Part shown: piece after piece, positions 1 to 10,461 of the stretch
How the letters are laid out: each line of letters opens with the position of its first letter
Numbering within the stretch: the first letter of the stretch is position 1
IMG/VR virus record: IMGVR_UViG_2881871051_000001
Coordinates: 27,638 to 91,637 of that record
Strand: one strand, 5' to 3'
DNA length: 64,000 nt
DNA from: a virus
Lineage: Duplodnaviria; Caudoviricetes
Made by a program: the position numbers and the translations under genes
The notes under the pieces: generated by a model
The model's input: the letters and a program-made list of their open reading frames with translations, nothing else
Database searches by the model: none
Told to the model about the DNA's origin: nothing

Positions 1-486
1 GATTACAAAGGCGCACAGGACGATCATAAGCGCCAGGTAACCGCTGAATCACTAGTCTTCGGATTGGACGGCGTAATCATAGCGTACGAATCGACGCAGA
101 AGCCCGCGTGGTTCGACGATACGGACAACGCATCGGTTACGAAGGGGCAGAAGACGTGGGAGAACGGCGCACCCCGGCCGGACATTCGCGCTTTCTACGT
201 CGAGGTAACGGAGGATATGCGGAATGCGCTGCTGTCCGACCTAGCGCGCCAGGCTGCGCTTGTGTACGAATCGAAGCGTACAGGCAAGATTCCGGACGTT
301 ACCGTTGATATGACGGGTTCCTGCGGATTCTGCGCGTACGGAGCGCATTGTCGCGAAAGGCTGACGGAAGATAACCGCGCTATGCTGGAGCGTGTGGAAG
401 CGCAAATGGCTGCGTCACAGTTCGCAGGGAAAGCGGATCATCGTAATTTGCGGAATTATCTTAGCAGGGAGGGTGACGCAGAATGA
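1..486 (+). CDS. PD-(D/E)XK/Cas4-like exonuclease, 5' truncated by window
   Basis: HKRQVTAES motif upstream in frame; C-terminal CGFCAYGAHC cysteine cluster. Confidence 0.55.
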   Translation, partial: DYKGAQDDHKRQVTAESLVFGLDGVIIAYESTQKPAWFDDTDNASVTKGQKTWENGAPRPDIRAFYVEVTEDMRNALLSDLARQAALVYESKRTGKIPDVTVDMTGSCGFCAYGAHCRERLTEDNRAMLERVEAQMAASQFAGKADHRNLRNYLSREGDAE

Positions 487-845
487 ACGCAGAAATTGCG
501 AAGGAAATGGTGGTATTCGCGGCATTTGCGGAGATTGTAGAGGGGCTTAAGCAGAGCGAAGTCGATACGATGGAGGCGGAAATTGGCGCGGAGATGTTAC
601 AGAGGATTGACGATTACGTAGACGCAGCCGGGGACGGAACGGTATACCGCGAGGAATGTCTCGTACTGCTGCGCCAGAAACTTCGCGAATCGGCTACGCG
701 GCTGCTTGCGCTGATTGAAGCAGAAACGCCGGAAGACAGCGAAACAGACGCGTTTTTCCGCAAACAAGCGCAGGACATTCCGGATATGCTTGCGGAAGAA
801 GGTGCGCAATCTGACGAAGTCACAGCGGAGCAAGCCGCAGACTGA
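483..845 (+). CDS. Acidic hypothetical phage protein
   Basis: ATGA overlap with previous gene, RBS GGAGGG. Confidence 0.7.
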   Translation: MNAEIAKEMVVFAAFAEIVEGLKQSEVDTMEAEIGAEMLQRIDDYVDAAGDGTVYREECLVLLRQKLRESATRLLALIEAETPEDSETDAFFRKQAQDIPDMLAEEGAQSDEVTAEQAAD

Positions 846-1338
846 ACGGTTTCTTGGCCTCGATCTCAGTTTATCGCCGGGACTCGCGGTCATCGACGTC
901 ACCAACCGGATTCCAACGCTAATCTACGCAGGCTCCATCGCAACCACTTCGGACGATTCCGATGCCGTTCGGAGTGAGGCGGTAGCCGCGTTCATATCGA
1001 CTAACGCGTTCAGATTCCGACTCTTTGACGCTATTATCCGCGAAGATTTCCTGTCCGGCCGCAATAAGCGCGCTACGCAGACGATATTCTCCGCATGGGC
1101 TGCGGCTGATCGAGCGCTAAATGCGTACGGCTTGCGTGTGGACGCGGAGATTAACGGGGCGACGGTTAAGCGGATTATAACTGGAAACGGTAAAGCGGAG
1201 AAGGCGGAAGTTGCGGATGCCGTCCGCAAAATACTCCGATTACCGGACGATTACGTATGGGCGAAGGGTAACGATGACAGCGATGCGGCCGCGGTCGTGC
1301 TTGCGTGGCTAATACGCGAGGGGAAAATCGATATTTAG
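811..1338 (+). CDS. ruvC: RuvC-like Holliday junction resolvase
   Basis: FLGLDLSL...IIRE...VKRIITGNGKAEKAEV...DDSDAAAV motifs; probable CTG start after GAAGGTG. Confidence 0.8.
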   Translation: MTKSQRSKPQTERFLGLDLSLSPGLAVIDVTNRIPTLIYAGSIATTSDDSDAVRSEAVAAFISTNAFRFRLFDAIIREDFLSGRNKRATQTIFSAWAAADRALNAYGLRVDAEINGATVKRIITGNGKAEKAEVADAVRKILRLPDDYVWAKGNDDSDAAAVVLAWLIREGKIDI

Positions 1339-1352
1339 CGGAGGGATTGCGG

Positions 1353-1553
1353 ATGAAAACGTTCAGTAACGCAGAACTGGCGGACATTATCGAAAACGAC
1401 GGAATCGGATACGCCATCGAGTGGACCGTTGGTGTTGAGCGCATCGAAGACCCGGATACTCGCGAAATGTGGGCGCAGGCGCGTACGTTACTCGGCACAA
1501 TAAATCAACGCTGCTTTGACGCTAGGGCGTTGGCAGAAGATAATGCGCCATGA
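1353..1553 (+). CDS. Hypothetical phage protein
   Basis: RBS GGAGGG, ATG at 1353. Confidence 0.6.
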   Translation: MKTFSNAELADIIENDGIGYAIEWTVGVERIEDPDTREMWAQARTLLGTINQRCFDARALAEDNAP

Positions 1554-1720
1554 CAGCGTTAGAACAGCGCGTTATTGAAATGATCCGCTGGGACATTGCG
1601 CAGATTGACCGGGAGATTGATTCGCTCGAAACGCGATTGTGCGCAGTCCTGGCGGAGAGGAAGCGGAAGGTAGCGGTATTATTGGAGTACGAACGAAACC
1701 ACAGCGAGGGAGATGCGTAA
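1550..1720 (+). CDS. Small coiled-coil protein (56 aa, [10 protein letters not shown]...)
   Basis: ATGA overlap; fills the gap to the RNR gene. Confidence 0.55.
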   Translation: MTALEQRVIEMIRWDIAQIDREIDSLETRLCAVLAERKRKVAVLLEYERNHSEGDA

Positions 1721-1722
1721 TT

Positions 1723-3993
1723 TTGACGCAGTTGCTAACAGAAGAGTTTATCGCGAAATATCCGGAGTTTCCGGCGGAAATGAATGCGCTCGGCCAATTC
1801 GTGTACATGCGGACATATTCGCGGTTTCTGGCGGATAAAGGGCGGCGTGAAACGTGGAAAGAGACCGTCCGCCGGGCAGCGGAATATAACGTCCAGCTTG
1901 GCGTTAAGCATACGGAGAATATCGGCTATCCGGTTGATTACGAGTGGCACCGTAAGGAGGCGGAGTTGCTATTCGACAATATGTTCCATTTGCGCCAATT
2001 CTTAAGCGGACGGACACTGTGGGTCGGCGGAGCGGAGGGCGGAGTTGCCGAGAAGTATCCGCTGGCTAACTTCAATTGCAGCTTTATCAACATCCGATCG
2101 TGGGCGGACCTTGGTGATTTGTTCTATCTGTTGCTCGTTGGTACCGGCGTCGGATTCAAGATTACGAAGAAATTTGCGGCCGAACTCGCGCCTATCCGGA
2201 CGAACACAACGTTGCTCCATTCGGAATACGAACCGGTTCCGAAGGCCGCGCGGTATGAGCGGACACAACTTCGGGATATGGCAAACGGGTACGCGAAGAT
2301 TTACGTAGGCGATAGCAAAGAGGGCTGGGTCGAGTCACTACGCCAATACCTCGACATCCTTACGCAGCCAGCGTATGAGCATATTCATACCGTTAAGATT
2401 TCGTATAACTCCGTACGCCCCAACGGTGAGCGCTTGAACACTTTCGGGGGCACGGCATCGGGCCACGTTCCTCTCCGCGAAATGTTCGACGGAATCGACC
2501 GCGTATTGAAGAACCGGATTGAACCCGGACTCGCTCCGTTAGGAGACGTTCTTACGTGCTATCATGACGACGAAACGGATGACTGCGGAAACCCTACCGG
2601 GTACCAACGTGTGCGCCCGATACACATTCTCGATATCGCAAACCTTATCGGAGCTAACGTAGTTGTCGGAGGCGTGCGTCGGACAGCGGAAATTGCGCTA
2701 TTCGACGCGGACGATTACGAGTGTATCTTCGCCAAGTACGGACTTAACGGTATATGGGACGCAGATAAACACGCCGCCGTTATCGCGAAAACGCGAGCGC
2801 TAGGCCTTGCGGAACAGGCGCAATTTCTCGAAACACTTCCGCTGTTTAATCCGGATGCCCGTCCGCTGCATCACCGCCGTATGTCGAACAACTCGATCGC
2901 ATTTGAATCGCAGCCATCGCGCGAATTTCTGAACCTGATATTCACGATGATGCAGGCGGAAGGCGAACCGGGATTCGTCAATCTCGAAGAGGCGCGCAGA
3001 CGGCGTCCGAACGCGGAAGGTTTAAACCCATGCGCCGAGATCCTGCTGGACTCGTACGGAGTCTGCAATTTGACCACCGTTAATATGACCGCATTTGTTA
3101 ACGCTGATAGTACGCTCGATCGCGAAGGCATAACGGAAGCCCAACGCTTATCCGCGCGCTGCGGTATGCGTATGACGCTCGCAATGTTGGAGATTCCGCA
3201 TTGGAACGATGTTCAGCAGCGCGATCGCCTCCTCGGTACGTCGCTAACCGGCGTAAAGGACGCTCTCGCACGGTTGAACTACGTTGAGACGCAAGAACAG
3301 GCGCTACTCTACGAACTCGGCGTCGCTGCGCGGACGGAAGCGGACGCCTACGCCAAACAACTCCGCGTGTCATCGCCATTACTCGTCACAACGGTTAAGC
3401 CGGAGGGTACGATATCGCAAGTTGCTGGCGGAGTTTCTAGCGGTCTTCACTGGTCGCACTCACCGTATTATATCCGCCGTATCCGTATCAACGCCGCTGA
3501 TCCGCTGGCCCGCGCGGTTATCGATCTCGGATGGACGGTTAATCCCGAAGTGGGAACGCCGGGCAATACGCACGACGAGCGCATGGCTAACGCCCGGACG
3601 TACGTCATCGACTTCCCGATCGCATCTGGCGCAACTGAAACGAAGGATGACGTATCCGCAGCGCGTCAACTCGATACGTATTTCCGATTCCAGCGGTATT
3701 ATACGGAGCATAATTCGTCGAATACGATTACGGTCCGGCCGCAGGAATGGGCGGAAGTCGAGCGTATTGTATACGAAAAGTGGGACGAATTTACAGCGGT
3801 ATCCTTCCTCGCGTTGGGTGGCGGAACCTACCAGCTCGCACCGTATGAGGCGATCTCTCAGGCGGAGTACGAGCGGATGGCTGCTGATATGGCTCCGTTT
3901 GACCCTGCGATTCTGCAACGTTACGAGAGCGGCGTAGGCAGCGATTTAGACGGCGCTGATGGATGCGAGGGAGGAGTATGTCCCATCCGGTGA
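1723..3993 (+). CDS. nrdJ: Class II (AdoCbl-dependent) ribonucleotide reductase
   Basis: FNCSF, GGVRRTA, GEPG, NPCAEI, TVKPEGT and C-terminal CEGGVCPIR motifs. Confidence 0.93.
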   Translation: MTQLLTEEFIAKYPEFPAEMNALGQFVYMRTYSRFLADKGRRETWKETVRRAAEYNVQLGVKHTENIGYPVDYEWHRKEAELLFDNMFHLRQFLSGRTLWVGGAEGGVAEKYPLANFNCSFINIRSWADLGDLFYLLLVGTGVGFKITKKFAAELAPIRTNTTLLHSEYEPVPKAARYERTQLRDMANGYAKIYVGDSKEGWVESLRQYLDILTQPAYEHIHTVKISYNSVRPNGERLNTFGGTASGHVPLREMFDGIDRVLKNRIEPGLAPLGDVLTCYHDDETDDCGNPTGYQRVRPIHILDIANLIGANVVVGGVRRTAEIALFDADDYECIFAKYGLNGIWDADKHAAVIAKTRALGLAEQAQFLETLPLFNPDARPLHHRRMSNNSIAFESQPSREFLNLIFTMMQAEGEPGFVNLEEARRRRPNAEGLNPCAEILLDSYGVCNLTTVNMTAFVNADSTLDREGITEAQRLSARCGMRMTLAMLEIPHWNDVQQRDRLLGTSLTGVKDALARLNYVETQEQALLYELGVAARTEADAYAKQLRVSSPLLVTTVKPEGTISQVAGGVSSGLHWSHSPYYIRRIRINAADPLARAVIDLGWTVNPEVGTPGNTHDERMANARTYVIDFPIASGATETKDDVSAARQLDTYFRFQRYYTEHNSSNTITVRPQEWAEVERIVYEKWDEFTAVSFLALGGGTYQLAPYEAISQAEYERMAADMAPFDPAILQRYESGVGSDLDGADGCEGGVCPIR

Positions 3994-4154
3994 GCAGCGC
4001 TCCAATACCGCGCATTTTAACCGTCAAACCCATGCGCATGAGTCCGCTGCTATACCGGATACTAGACGTCATCTACGAGACAGATGAGCGGCAATTAGCG
4101 CGCATATCGAACGCATTTGCAACGTGGACTGATTCAGCAAAGATACGGAGGTAG
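3990..4154 (+). CDS. Small hypothetical protein
   Basis: GTGA overlap with nrdJ stop. Confidence 0.4.
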   Translation: MSSAPIPRILTVKPMRMSPLLYRILDVIYETDERQLARISNAFATWTDSAKIRR

Positions 4155-4172
4155 AAGATGCGTATGGCTTTA

Positions 4173-4213
4173 GCGGAGGGTTCCGGGTGGTATCGGAGTC
4201 TTCCGCTTTCTTT
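4173..4213 (+). terminator. Intrinsic terminator
   Basis: GCGGAGGGTTCCG...CGGAGTCTTCCGC hairpin followed by TTTCTTT. Confidence 0.55.
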
Positions 4214-4306
4214 AAAAATATTTTCGTAAGGGAAGCGGAATGTGCGCGAAACAAGAGGGCCGTAGGTAATATTACTGTATAAGGATAGGCGGAAGGGGGA
4301 GCAAGA

Positions 4307-4651
4307 GTGGGCGGATTTAACGTATTGAACGAGATTGCTGGCGCGCCAATTACGGAGGTTACCGGATGGGGTTTCATTGCTTTGTTCCTATTCGTCGCAG
4401 GTGTAGTTATATTTGTCCTGGCGGCGATAGAGTTGGAGGGGCCTGCTGTAGTCTTCGGATTATTTCTGGCTGTCGTTTTTGGTGCAATCCTGTTGGTCTT
4501 CGGTTATACGCACGAGACCGGAGAATACGAACCAACGCGCTACGAAATCACGCTGAAGCCTGGCGCAATCATCGACGCTACACGCTGGGATATCGTAAGC
4601 CACCGCGGAGAAATCTACGTTATTCAAGAACGCAAGCCAAGCGCAGATTAA
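4307..4651 (+). CDS. Membrane protein, two TM helices
   Basis: Two hydrophobic stretches; RBS GGGGGAG. Confidence 0.7.
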   Translation: MGGFNVLNEIAGAPITEVTGWGFIALFLFVAGVVIFVLAAIELEGPAVVFGLFLAVVFGAILLVFGYTHETGEYEPTRYEITLKPGAIIDATRWDIVSHRGEIYVIQERKPSAD

Positions 4652-4669
4652 CGTAAAGGAGACGGACAC

Positions 4670-5323
4670 ATGCCGCTACCGAAAGATTCGATGTTCTTCG
4701 GATTTGCTGCAAGAATGACGGAGGAACAACGCATCTACGTCGATTCCATTTTCGATAATCAGATTACGTTCGTTAACGCTAAGGCTGGGACCGGCAAGAC
4801 TACGCTGGCTGTCGCGGTTGCTCGCATGATTGGTAAGCCGCTGGTCTACGTAATATCCCCGGTAGAAGAGAAGCGTATGGGCTTCCTGCCCGGCGATCTG
4901 AAGGCGAAGGAATCCGTATATTTCACTCCGCTGGAAGACGCGCTGTACGAGATTGGCGAAGATCCGCGCAAGGTGATATACGATAAGGAAAACGTAGAGG
5001 CTCAGAAACGCGGAGACGTATGGGTGTATCCGAAGTCTCACGTATATGTCCGTGGGACTAACGTAAAGGGGAAAACGGTAATCATTTCGGAGGCGCAGAA
5101 CTTCACACGCGGCGAGCTGAAGAAGGTTCTTACACGCTTGCATGACGATTGCCGCGTAATTGTCGAAGGCCACTCGGAACAATGCGACCTCCCCGATCCG
5201 AAGAAATCCGGATTCATTCCGTATCTTGAACATTTTCGCAATGAGCCGTACGCCAACGTATGCGAATTAACCGTAAATTTCCGCGGTAAGCTGGCGCAAC
5301 ATGCCGATGCCTTAACGTGGTGA
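4670..5323 (+). CDS. phoH: PhoH-family ATPase
   Basis: AKAGTGKT, GFLPG, RGTN, EAQN, LTR motifs. Confidence 0.9.
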   Translation: MPLPKDSMFFGFAARMTEEQRIYVDSIFDNQITFVNAKAGTGKTTLAVAVARMIGKPLVYVISPVEEKRMGFLPGDLKAKESVYFTPLEDALYEIGEDPRKVIYDKENVEAQKRGDVWVYPKSHVYVRGTNVKGKTVIISEAQNFTRGELKKVLTRLHDDCRVIVEGHSEQCDLPDPKKSGFIPYLEHFRNEPYANVCELTVNFRGKLAQHADALTW

Positions 5324-5340
5324 CGTAAATAAGCGAAGGG

Positions 5341-5676
5341 GTGACGGATATGGAGACGGTTAAACTGCGCTGCATACTCGCAGACGACGATTGCTTTACG
5401 CTGGGCGGTGTATACGAGGCCCGCGAAAGCCTTGCATATTATGCGCTAACGGATGACATGGGCGATATTCAAGCGTTCACGAAGCGGCCGGACGAGGACG
5501 GAGATTCATACGCAACCTGGTTCGAGTTGGTAACGGAGGAGGATCGCGTTAACAACGACGATTACCGGACTTACGAGTGCGAAGAGTGCGGCCTCAAGGT
5601 TATGGTTGAGCGCGGTACTTACGCGGAGGATAACGATATGTGCGCGGAATGTTGGTGCGCATACCAAGGAGGTTAG
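5341..5676 (+). CDS. Hypothetical protein with C-terminal CxxC pair
   Basis: CEEC...CAEC. Confidence 0.6.
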   Translation: MTDMETVKLRCILADDDCFTLGGVYEARESLAYYALTDDMGDIQAFTKRPDEDGDSYATWFELVTEEDRVNNDDYRTYECEECGLKVMVERGTYAEDNDMCAECWCAYQGG

Positions 5677-5683
5677 CGCAGCT

Positions 5684-5848
5684 ATGACGCAGCCTAACGA
5701 AGCACCTCCGCAAGCCCTTCGCATCGACCGCACAGCAACCGGATACCGCATCCGGCCGGAGAAGCCAGCGGAACAGTTAGCGGAGGATTGCGCAGCCATC
5801 GGCGTATGTATCGTCGGATTAATCGTAGTAATGGCGCTACTGGCGTAA
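5684..5848 (+). CDS. Small membrane protein
   Basis: RBS AGGAGG; C-terminal hydrophobic helix. Confidence 0.55.
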   Translation: MTQPNEAPPQALRIDRTATGYRIRPEKPAEQLAEDCAAIGVCIVGLIVVMALLA

Positions 5849-5873
5849 ATACAAATCGAGGAGGAAGCGGAAC

Positions 5874-6827
5874 ATGGCGAAGTATAACGAAGTGAAGCGT
5901 AAGGCTTGCGTAGGTGAGCGGATTAAGATTGTTAATCGAATTGATAACGAGCACCGTTACGAAAACGGCGACGAGTTTATGGTTATGGCTGATTGGGGCG
6001 CAGGAGACGTTCGGGTAGACGTGGCGGGCGATGCCGCGTGCGTATTCCTGCGCGAGTACGTAGTTCTCGAACCTGTTCCGGAAGCTACTCCGCAGCCTGC
6101 CGCATCTGTTCCGCAGCTTCCGGAACTATTTGCGCAATTCCTGCGCGATAACTCCGCCGCTGTTCGTGCGTACCTTGACGCTGTTGACCAGCAGGCTGGC
6201 GGTCCAGTTACGGAGCCTATCGTTAAGCCTGCGGAAACTATTGCGGCAGCAAAGCCCTTAACACGGGCGGATGTGCTTGCGCAGGCTAGCGCTGATGTTG
6301 CGGAGTTGCTGCGAATCGGGCGGAGTGACGACGATATGCTCAGCGGTAGCAAGCATTTCCGCGCGCGCTGGTATGACGTAGATTTCGTCGTTAACCGCGA
6401 AAAGCGCACGGTTGTCGCGTTGGTGTACGAGATCAACGGCTTGAGCCGCACATTCGCACGTTACAGAAGCAAGCCTGATGCGAAAGGTATCGCTCGCTGC
6501 GCGCCAGATGACGTTTTCCATACGGATATTGGTCGGGCGATTGCGTTACGGCGCGCGCTGGGGTTAGTGGTTCCTATTGCGTACACGCAAGCGCCGAAAC
6601 CGGAGGAGCCGCGTGTTGGTGCGAAGGTTCGCGGAGTTGGCGATGACAATGATTTTGGCGTAATCGGAACGGTAACAGAAATGCGTCCGGTCGACTACCT
6701 TGATGCGGATAACGGACTAATCGTCGATACGTTCTCTGGTAGCGGTTGGAACTATATCCGGGACGTAGCAGTAATCGACGATACTGACGTAGTTTATGAC
6801 GTTGACTACGCAAAGGAGGCGGAGTAG
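5874..6827 (+). CDS. Modular phage protein, paralogue of 8923-10461
   Basis: Shared KYxEVKRKAxVGER and GIAxCAPxDVFxTxIGRAIALRRALGL motifs. Confidence 0.8.
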   Translation: MAKYNEVKRKACVGERIKIVNRIDNEHRYENGDEFMVMADWGAGDVRVDVAGDAACVFLREYVVLEPVPEATPQPAASVPQLPELFAQFLRDNSAAVRAYLDAVDQQAGGPVTEPIVKPAETIAAAKPLTRADVLAQASADVAELLRIGRSDDDMLSGSKHFRARWYDVDFVVNREKRTVVALVYEINGLSRTFARYRSKPDAKGIARCAPDDVFHTDIGRAIALRRALGLVVPIAYTQAPKPEEPRVGAKVRGVGDDNDFGVIGTVTEMRPVDYLDADNGLIVDTFSGSGWNYIRDVAVIDDTDVVYDVDYAKEAE

Positions 6828-6974
6828 TTGCGCAAGGTATTTGCAAAGTCATCCCTCGGACTATTGGCGGCTTTTATTACGGTGATCGCCGGAGGAAGCG
6901 CTGCTGAAGCGTACACGAACGGTCTGCTGGCGTTGATATGCGTTGAGATTGCAGATAAAAGGGAGGCGGAGTAG
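6828..6974 (+). CDS. 48-aa hydrophobic peptide
   Basis: TTG start after GGAGG; flanked by a 16-bp direct repeat. Confidence 0.55.
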   Translation: MRKVFAKSSLGLLAAFITVIAGGSAAEAYTNGLLALICVEIADKREAE

Positions 6975-7487
6975 TTGAAGGTTAAAATCAGGCGCCTGAG
7001 TCCAGACGCTGTGATTCCGAAGTATGCAACGCAACTATCCGCAGGCTTCGATTTAGTAGCGGTAGAGGACGTCATTATCGAGCCGGGCGCTACCAGCGTA
7101 AAGGTTCCGCTGGGCTTGTCGTTTGAGTTACCGCCGGGATACGTCATGTACGTTATGATGCGGTCGGGAATCGCGTTGAGGACGAAGCTGCGGCAATCGA
7201 ACGGTATCGGCGTTATCGATGCGGATTATCGCGGGGAAGTAGCGATGCTGTTCGATAACGTTTCGAGGCCGCGTCGTAAGGTTTTTCTGCGCCACCCTCC
7301 GTACTGGAACATTTCATCCAATCGCGAGGGGACGTACATCATTCGCAAAGGCGATCGTATCGCACAAGGCGTAATCCAGCGCTATGAACCGGTAACGTTC
7401 GTTGAGGTAGCGGAATTGAGCGAGACGGAGCGCGGAGCTGGCGGCTTCGGTAGCACTGGCGTAAGTATAACGGAGGTTAGCGAATAA
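6975..7487 (+). CDS. dut: Trimeric dUTPase
   Basis: AGFDL, RSG, GVIDADYRGE, RIAQ, RGAGGFGSTG motifs. Confidence 0.95.
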   Translation: MKVKIRRLSPDAVIPKYATQLSAGFDLVAVEDVIIEPGATSVKVPLGLSFELPPGYVMYVMMRSGIALRTKLRQSNGIGVIDADYRGEVAMLFDNVSRPRRKVFLRHPPYWNISSNREGTYIIRKGDRIAQGVIQRYEPVTFVEVAELSETERGAGGFGSTGVSITEVSE

Positions 7488-7735
7488 TGCGTGATATCTA
7501 CGTAATCCTTATCGACGGCAATCTGTACCGCAAGGACAGCGCAATCCGAACGTATAAGACGCGCGAACGTGCGGAGGAAGAGGCGCGCAAAATTGGACGC
7601 TATTGGAGTTACCGCGACAGTAAACTCGAGGTCGGCCGCTTTACTGCGGTTGAGGTGACGGAGGTATCCGTTGCCCGTCCGGACTACTCCGCACCGTGTC
7701 CGTATATTGTTCCGGAAAAGGAGGACGCAAATTGA
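7487..7735 (+). CDS. Hypothetical protein
   Basis: Coupled start, RBS GGAGG. Confidence 0.65.
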   Translation: MRDIYVILIDGNLYRKDSAIRTYKTRERAEEEARKIGRYWSYRDSKLEVGRFTAVEVTEVSVARPDYSAPCPYIVPEKEDAN

Positions 7736-8523
7736 ACGTTATCTGCATCGCACACACGGCGCTATCAGACGAATTTCTTTCGCAGTTTGATTACGTAAAG
7801 GACGTCGGAGTATGCCGCCAGATGCGGAATCCTTACGTCGATGACGGACGCAATCAACGCGCGGCCATAGCGCTTACCGCTATTCGTACGTGTTACTCAC
7901 CGCTACCACCTACGCAAATCCTTCCGCGAGAAGGCGCTAAGTATTTCGGTCAATCTGCGTCAGATGGCGAAGGCGGAACGGAATCTGACCGGTTATTCCG
8001 CCACATCATGCGGTCTGGTCATGCGTCAACCTGCGAACATGTGGTGTACACCTTCGCGGTTGAGTCCGTCAGCCGAGCGTTATTGGCGCAACTCACCCGC
8101 CACCGTCAGCTTTCGTTCAGCGTACAATCGCAGCGCTACGTTAAATTCGGTAGCAATGACCGTAGTCATGGATTCGATTACGTTACGCCACGCTCGCTCC
8201 ACGGAAAACACGTCAACTATAACGGCGGTATGTCAGCGGAAGAGGTATACGAAAGCGCTATGCAATCGCTTCAAGCGCATTATGACGTTTTGCGCGAAGC
8301 TGGCGTACCGGCCGAAGACGCGCGCATGGTTCTTCCGCAAGCCGCAACGTGTAATCTCGTATTAACCGGAAACCTCCGCGCCATCCTCGAACTTTACGCC
8401 AAACGCAACAAGTCAACGCACTCCCAATGGGAGATCGCTGACTTAGCCGAAGCTATCCGCAAAGAAATAACGAAAATTGACGCTTGGACGCAGCTATTCT
8501 TCGATTACTATTCGCAATCTTAG
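7732..8523 (+). CDS. thyX: FAD-dependent thymidylate synthase
   Basis: GHASTCEH, RHRQLSFSVQSQRY, EDARMVLP, QWEI. Confidence 0.93.
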   Translation: MNVICIAHTALSDEFLSQFDYVKDVGVCRQMRNPYVDDGRNQRAAIALTAIRTCYSPLPPTQILPREGAKYFGQSASDGEGGTESDRLFRHIMRSGHASTCEHVVYTFAVESVSRALLAQLTRHRQLSFSVQSQRYVKFGSNDRSHGFDYVTPRSLHGKHVNYNGGMSAEEVYESAMQSLQAHYDVLREAGVPAEDARMVLPQAATCNLVLTGNLRAILELYAKRNKSTHSQWEIADLAEAIRKEITKIDAWTQLFFDYYSQS

Positions 8524-8948
8524 CCCTCCTGTTATCACTACCAGACGCAATTCCTACCGTCCCGTCTCCGTCAGTCCCAGCGGAATCCTCCGAGTGGCAA
8601 ACGTATGAAGCTACGGCCTATACCGCTCGTTGTCGCGGCTGTATCGGTATTACGGCGGATGGGACTGACGTGCGAAAAACGCACACGGACGCAGACGGAC
8701 GTAGGATTGTCGCAACCGATCCGGATGTGATTCCGCTAGGGACAGCGTTAGAGATACGGTTAGCGGACGGTAGCGTAATTGAGGCGATAGCGGCGGATAA
8801 AGGCGGGAGGATACGCGGTAAACGGATTGACGTGTTACATCGGACATATGCGGGGGCTGTCGAGTTTGGACGGCAGAACGTAGAGGTGCGGATAATAACG
8901 AAAAACGAGGAGGAAACGATATATGAGCGTAAAATACCGCGAGGTTAA
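8484..8948 (+). CDS. Secreted 3D-domain cell-wall protein
   Basis: Signal peptide; ATAY, ATDPDVIPLG, DKGGRIRGKRIDV. Confidence 0.85.
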   Translation: MDAAILRLLFAILALLLSLPDAIPTVPSPSVPAESSEWQTYEATAYTARCRGCIGITADGTDVRKTHTDADGRRIVATDPDVIPLGTALEIRLADGSVIEAIAADKGGRIRGKRIDVLHRTYAGAVEFGRQNVEVRIITKNEEETIYERKIPRG

Positions 8949-10461
8949 ACGTAAGGCGAAGGTTGGCGAGAGGGTTCGGATTATAAACGCGTGGGAAACG
9001 TACGGAGCGTACGAAAACGGAGACGAGGCGTTGGTGACGAGGATGCTCGGAAGCGGAGTGCAGATTGACCGCCAATACGGCAACGGAGGCAGCGTTGTTG
9101 TTGCGGATAATGAGTACGCAGTCCTCGAAGAGGTTACAGAGGCGGTAGCCTCATTAGCGGTAAACGCTACGGAATCCCCTGCGCAGGCATCCTCTGTCCT
9201 CATCCGCCCTGACCCGTCCCTTAACGGAATCCAGCGCGAATATACGCTGGAGAAACGCAAAGCCAGCGTCGGGGATGCGGTTATGCACATGTACCGCGGC
9301 GCATCGGACGGAATCGTTGCAACAGTTACCCGCACGGACGATGACGGGGCGGTGCGCTTTCTCGACGTCTTTGATCCGGAGTTAGGCAGGTATGTTTGCG
9401 GATTCAATGCGGACGCTTACGTGGTCCTTACACCGACCGACGTAATCCACATTGACGGAGAAAGATTCCGCATGGTCGAACGGAAGGCTACGGTGGGAGA
9501 GCGGATTATTGTTACCGTTAGCGGAGAGTGGGCGCTTAATGGTAAGGACCGCTACTCTAACGCGGGGGATGTCGCAAAAGTACGGGAATGTGGCGGCTGT
9601 TTCGTTTCCGCTGATCTTACAGAAAATAAGCGTTACTATCAGGACGGAGTATGGAGCGTAAATCACGAACGATACCGTGTACTCGAGCCTATTACGAAAC
9701 CATCCGCCAACCTCTCCGCGCCCGCATCGCAAGAGGACGTCGTAGCGGCGCTAACTGTCAACCTTTCGCGCCTTCAACGCGAATTTGACGAATATAAAGC
9801 GGAAACTGACGCGCAGTTTGCGGAGATTGCAGCGCAAATGGAGGCGAAAGGTTGCGGAGGTAGTGACGCAGATTACGTAAAAGTGGCGTCCGGCTCCGTA
9901 ACCAACCGACGTGATGACGTTGTGCGGCGCGCGATTGCGGATATTGAAGGCGTTAAAACTCCGTGGAATATTAACGCTGATCCGCAGCCACTTGTATACG
10001 TCAGCGGAATATGCGTAGTCGACGTGGAATTCGTAATCAACCGCGAAAAACGTACGGTAGCTGCTATCGCTCGCTGGCGGTATAACGGAAAAGTAGTAGC
10101 GCGAGGAATCGCAAAATGTGCGCCAGGCGACGTATTTAATACGCACATTGGCCGCGCAATAGCGTTAAGGAGAGCGCTGGGCCTCGAAGTACCGCAAGAA
10201 TACGTTAAATGTCCGCAGCCAGCGGAGGGTGACGTTAGAGTCGGCGATATTGTTGCGGCAACCTCCGGTATGGCAGCGTCGTTCTTTCCGCAAAGCAGCG
10301 GAGTAGTAACTTCGCTCAAACGTAGCTTGACCGGTAAGCAGGCGTTATACTTCCGCAGCTCCGCAGCATCGCGCTCTGACGGAACAATCTGGACATTGGC
10401 GGAAGAGGTTGCCGTAATCGACGATTCCGCACGTTACGACTCGGAGGCTGATGCGCAATGA
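8923..10461 (+). CDS. Modular phage protein with three N-terminal repeats
   Basis: RKAxVG repeated three times, coiled coil, C-terminal domain shared with 5874-6827. Confidence 0.8.
   Translation: MSVKYREVKRKAKVGERVRIINAWETYGAYENGDEALVTRMLGSGVQIDRQYGNGGSVVVADNEYAVLEEVTEAVASLAVNATESPAQASSVLIRPDPSLNGIQREYTLEKRKASVGDAVMHMYRGASDGIVATVTRTDDDGAVRFLDVFDPELGRYVCGFNADAYVVLTPTDVIHIDGERFRMVERKATVGERIIVTVSGEWALNGKDRYSNAGDVAKVRECGGCFVSADLTENKRYYQDGVWSVNHERYRVLEPITKPSANLSAPASQEDVVAALTVNLSRLQREFDEYKAETDAQFAEIAAQMEAKGCGGSDADYVKVASGSVTNRRDDVVRRAIADIEGVKTPWNINADPQPLVYVSGICVVDVEFVINREKRTVAAIARWRYNGKVVARGIAKCAPGDVFNTHIGRAIALRRALGLEVPQEYVKCPQPAEGDVRVGDIVAATSGMAASFFPQSSGVVTSLKRSLTGKQALYFRSSAASRSDGTIWTLAEEVAVIDDSARYDSEADAQ

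Noticed and set aside
3284-3937. Long alternative-frame ORFs within nrdJ and other phage genes
   Set aside because: Arg/Ser-rich off-frame translations of CG-rich coding DNA, without start signals
1723-3993. Intein or intron in the RNR gene
   Set aside because: Length is normal, and no intein termini or interruption were seen
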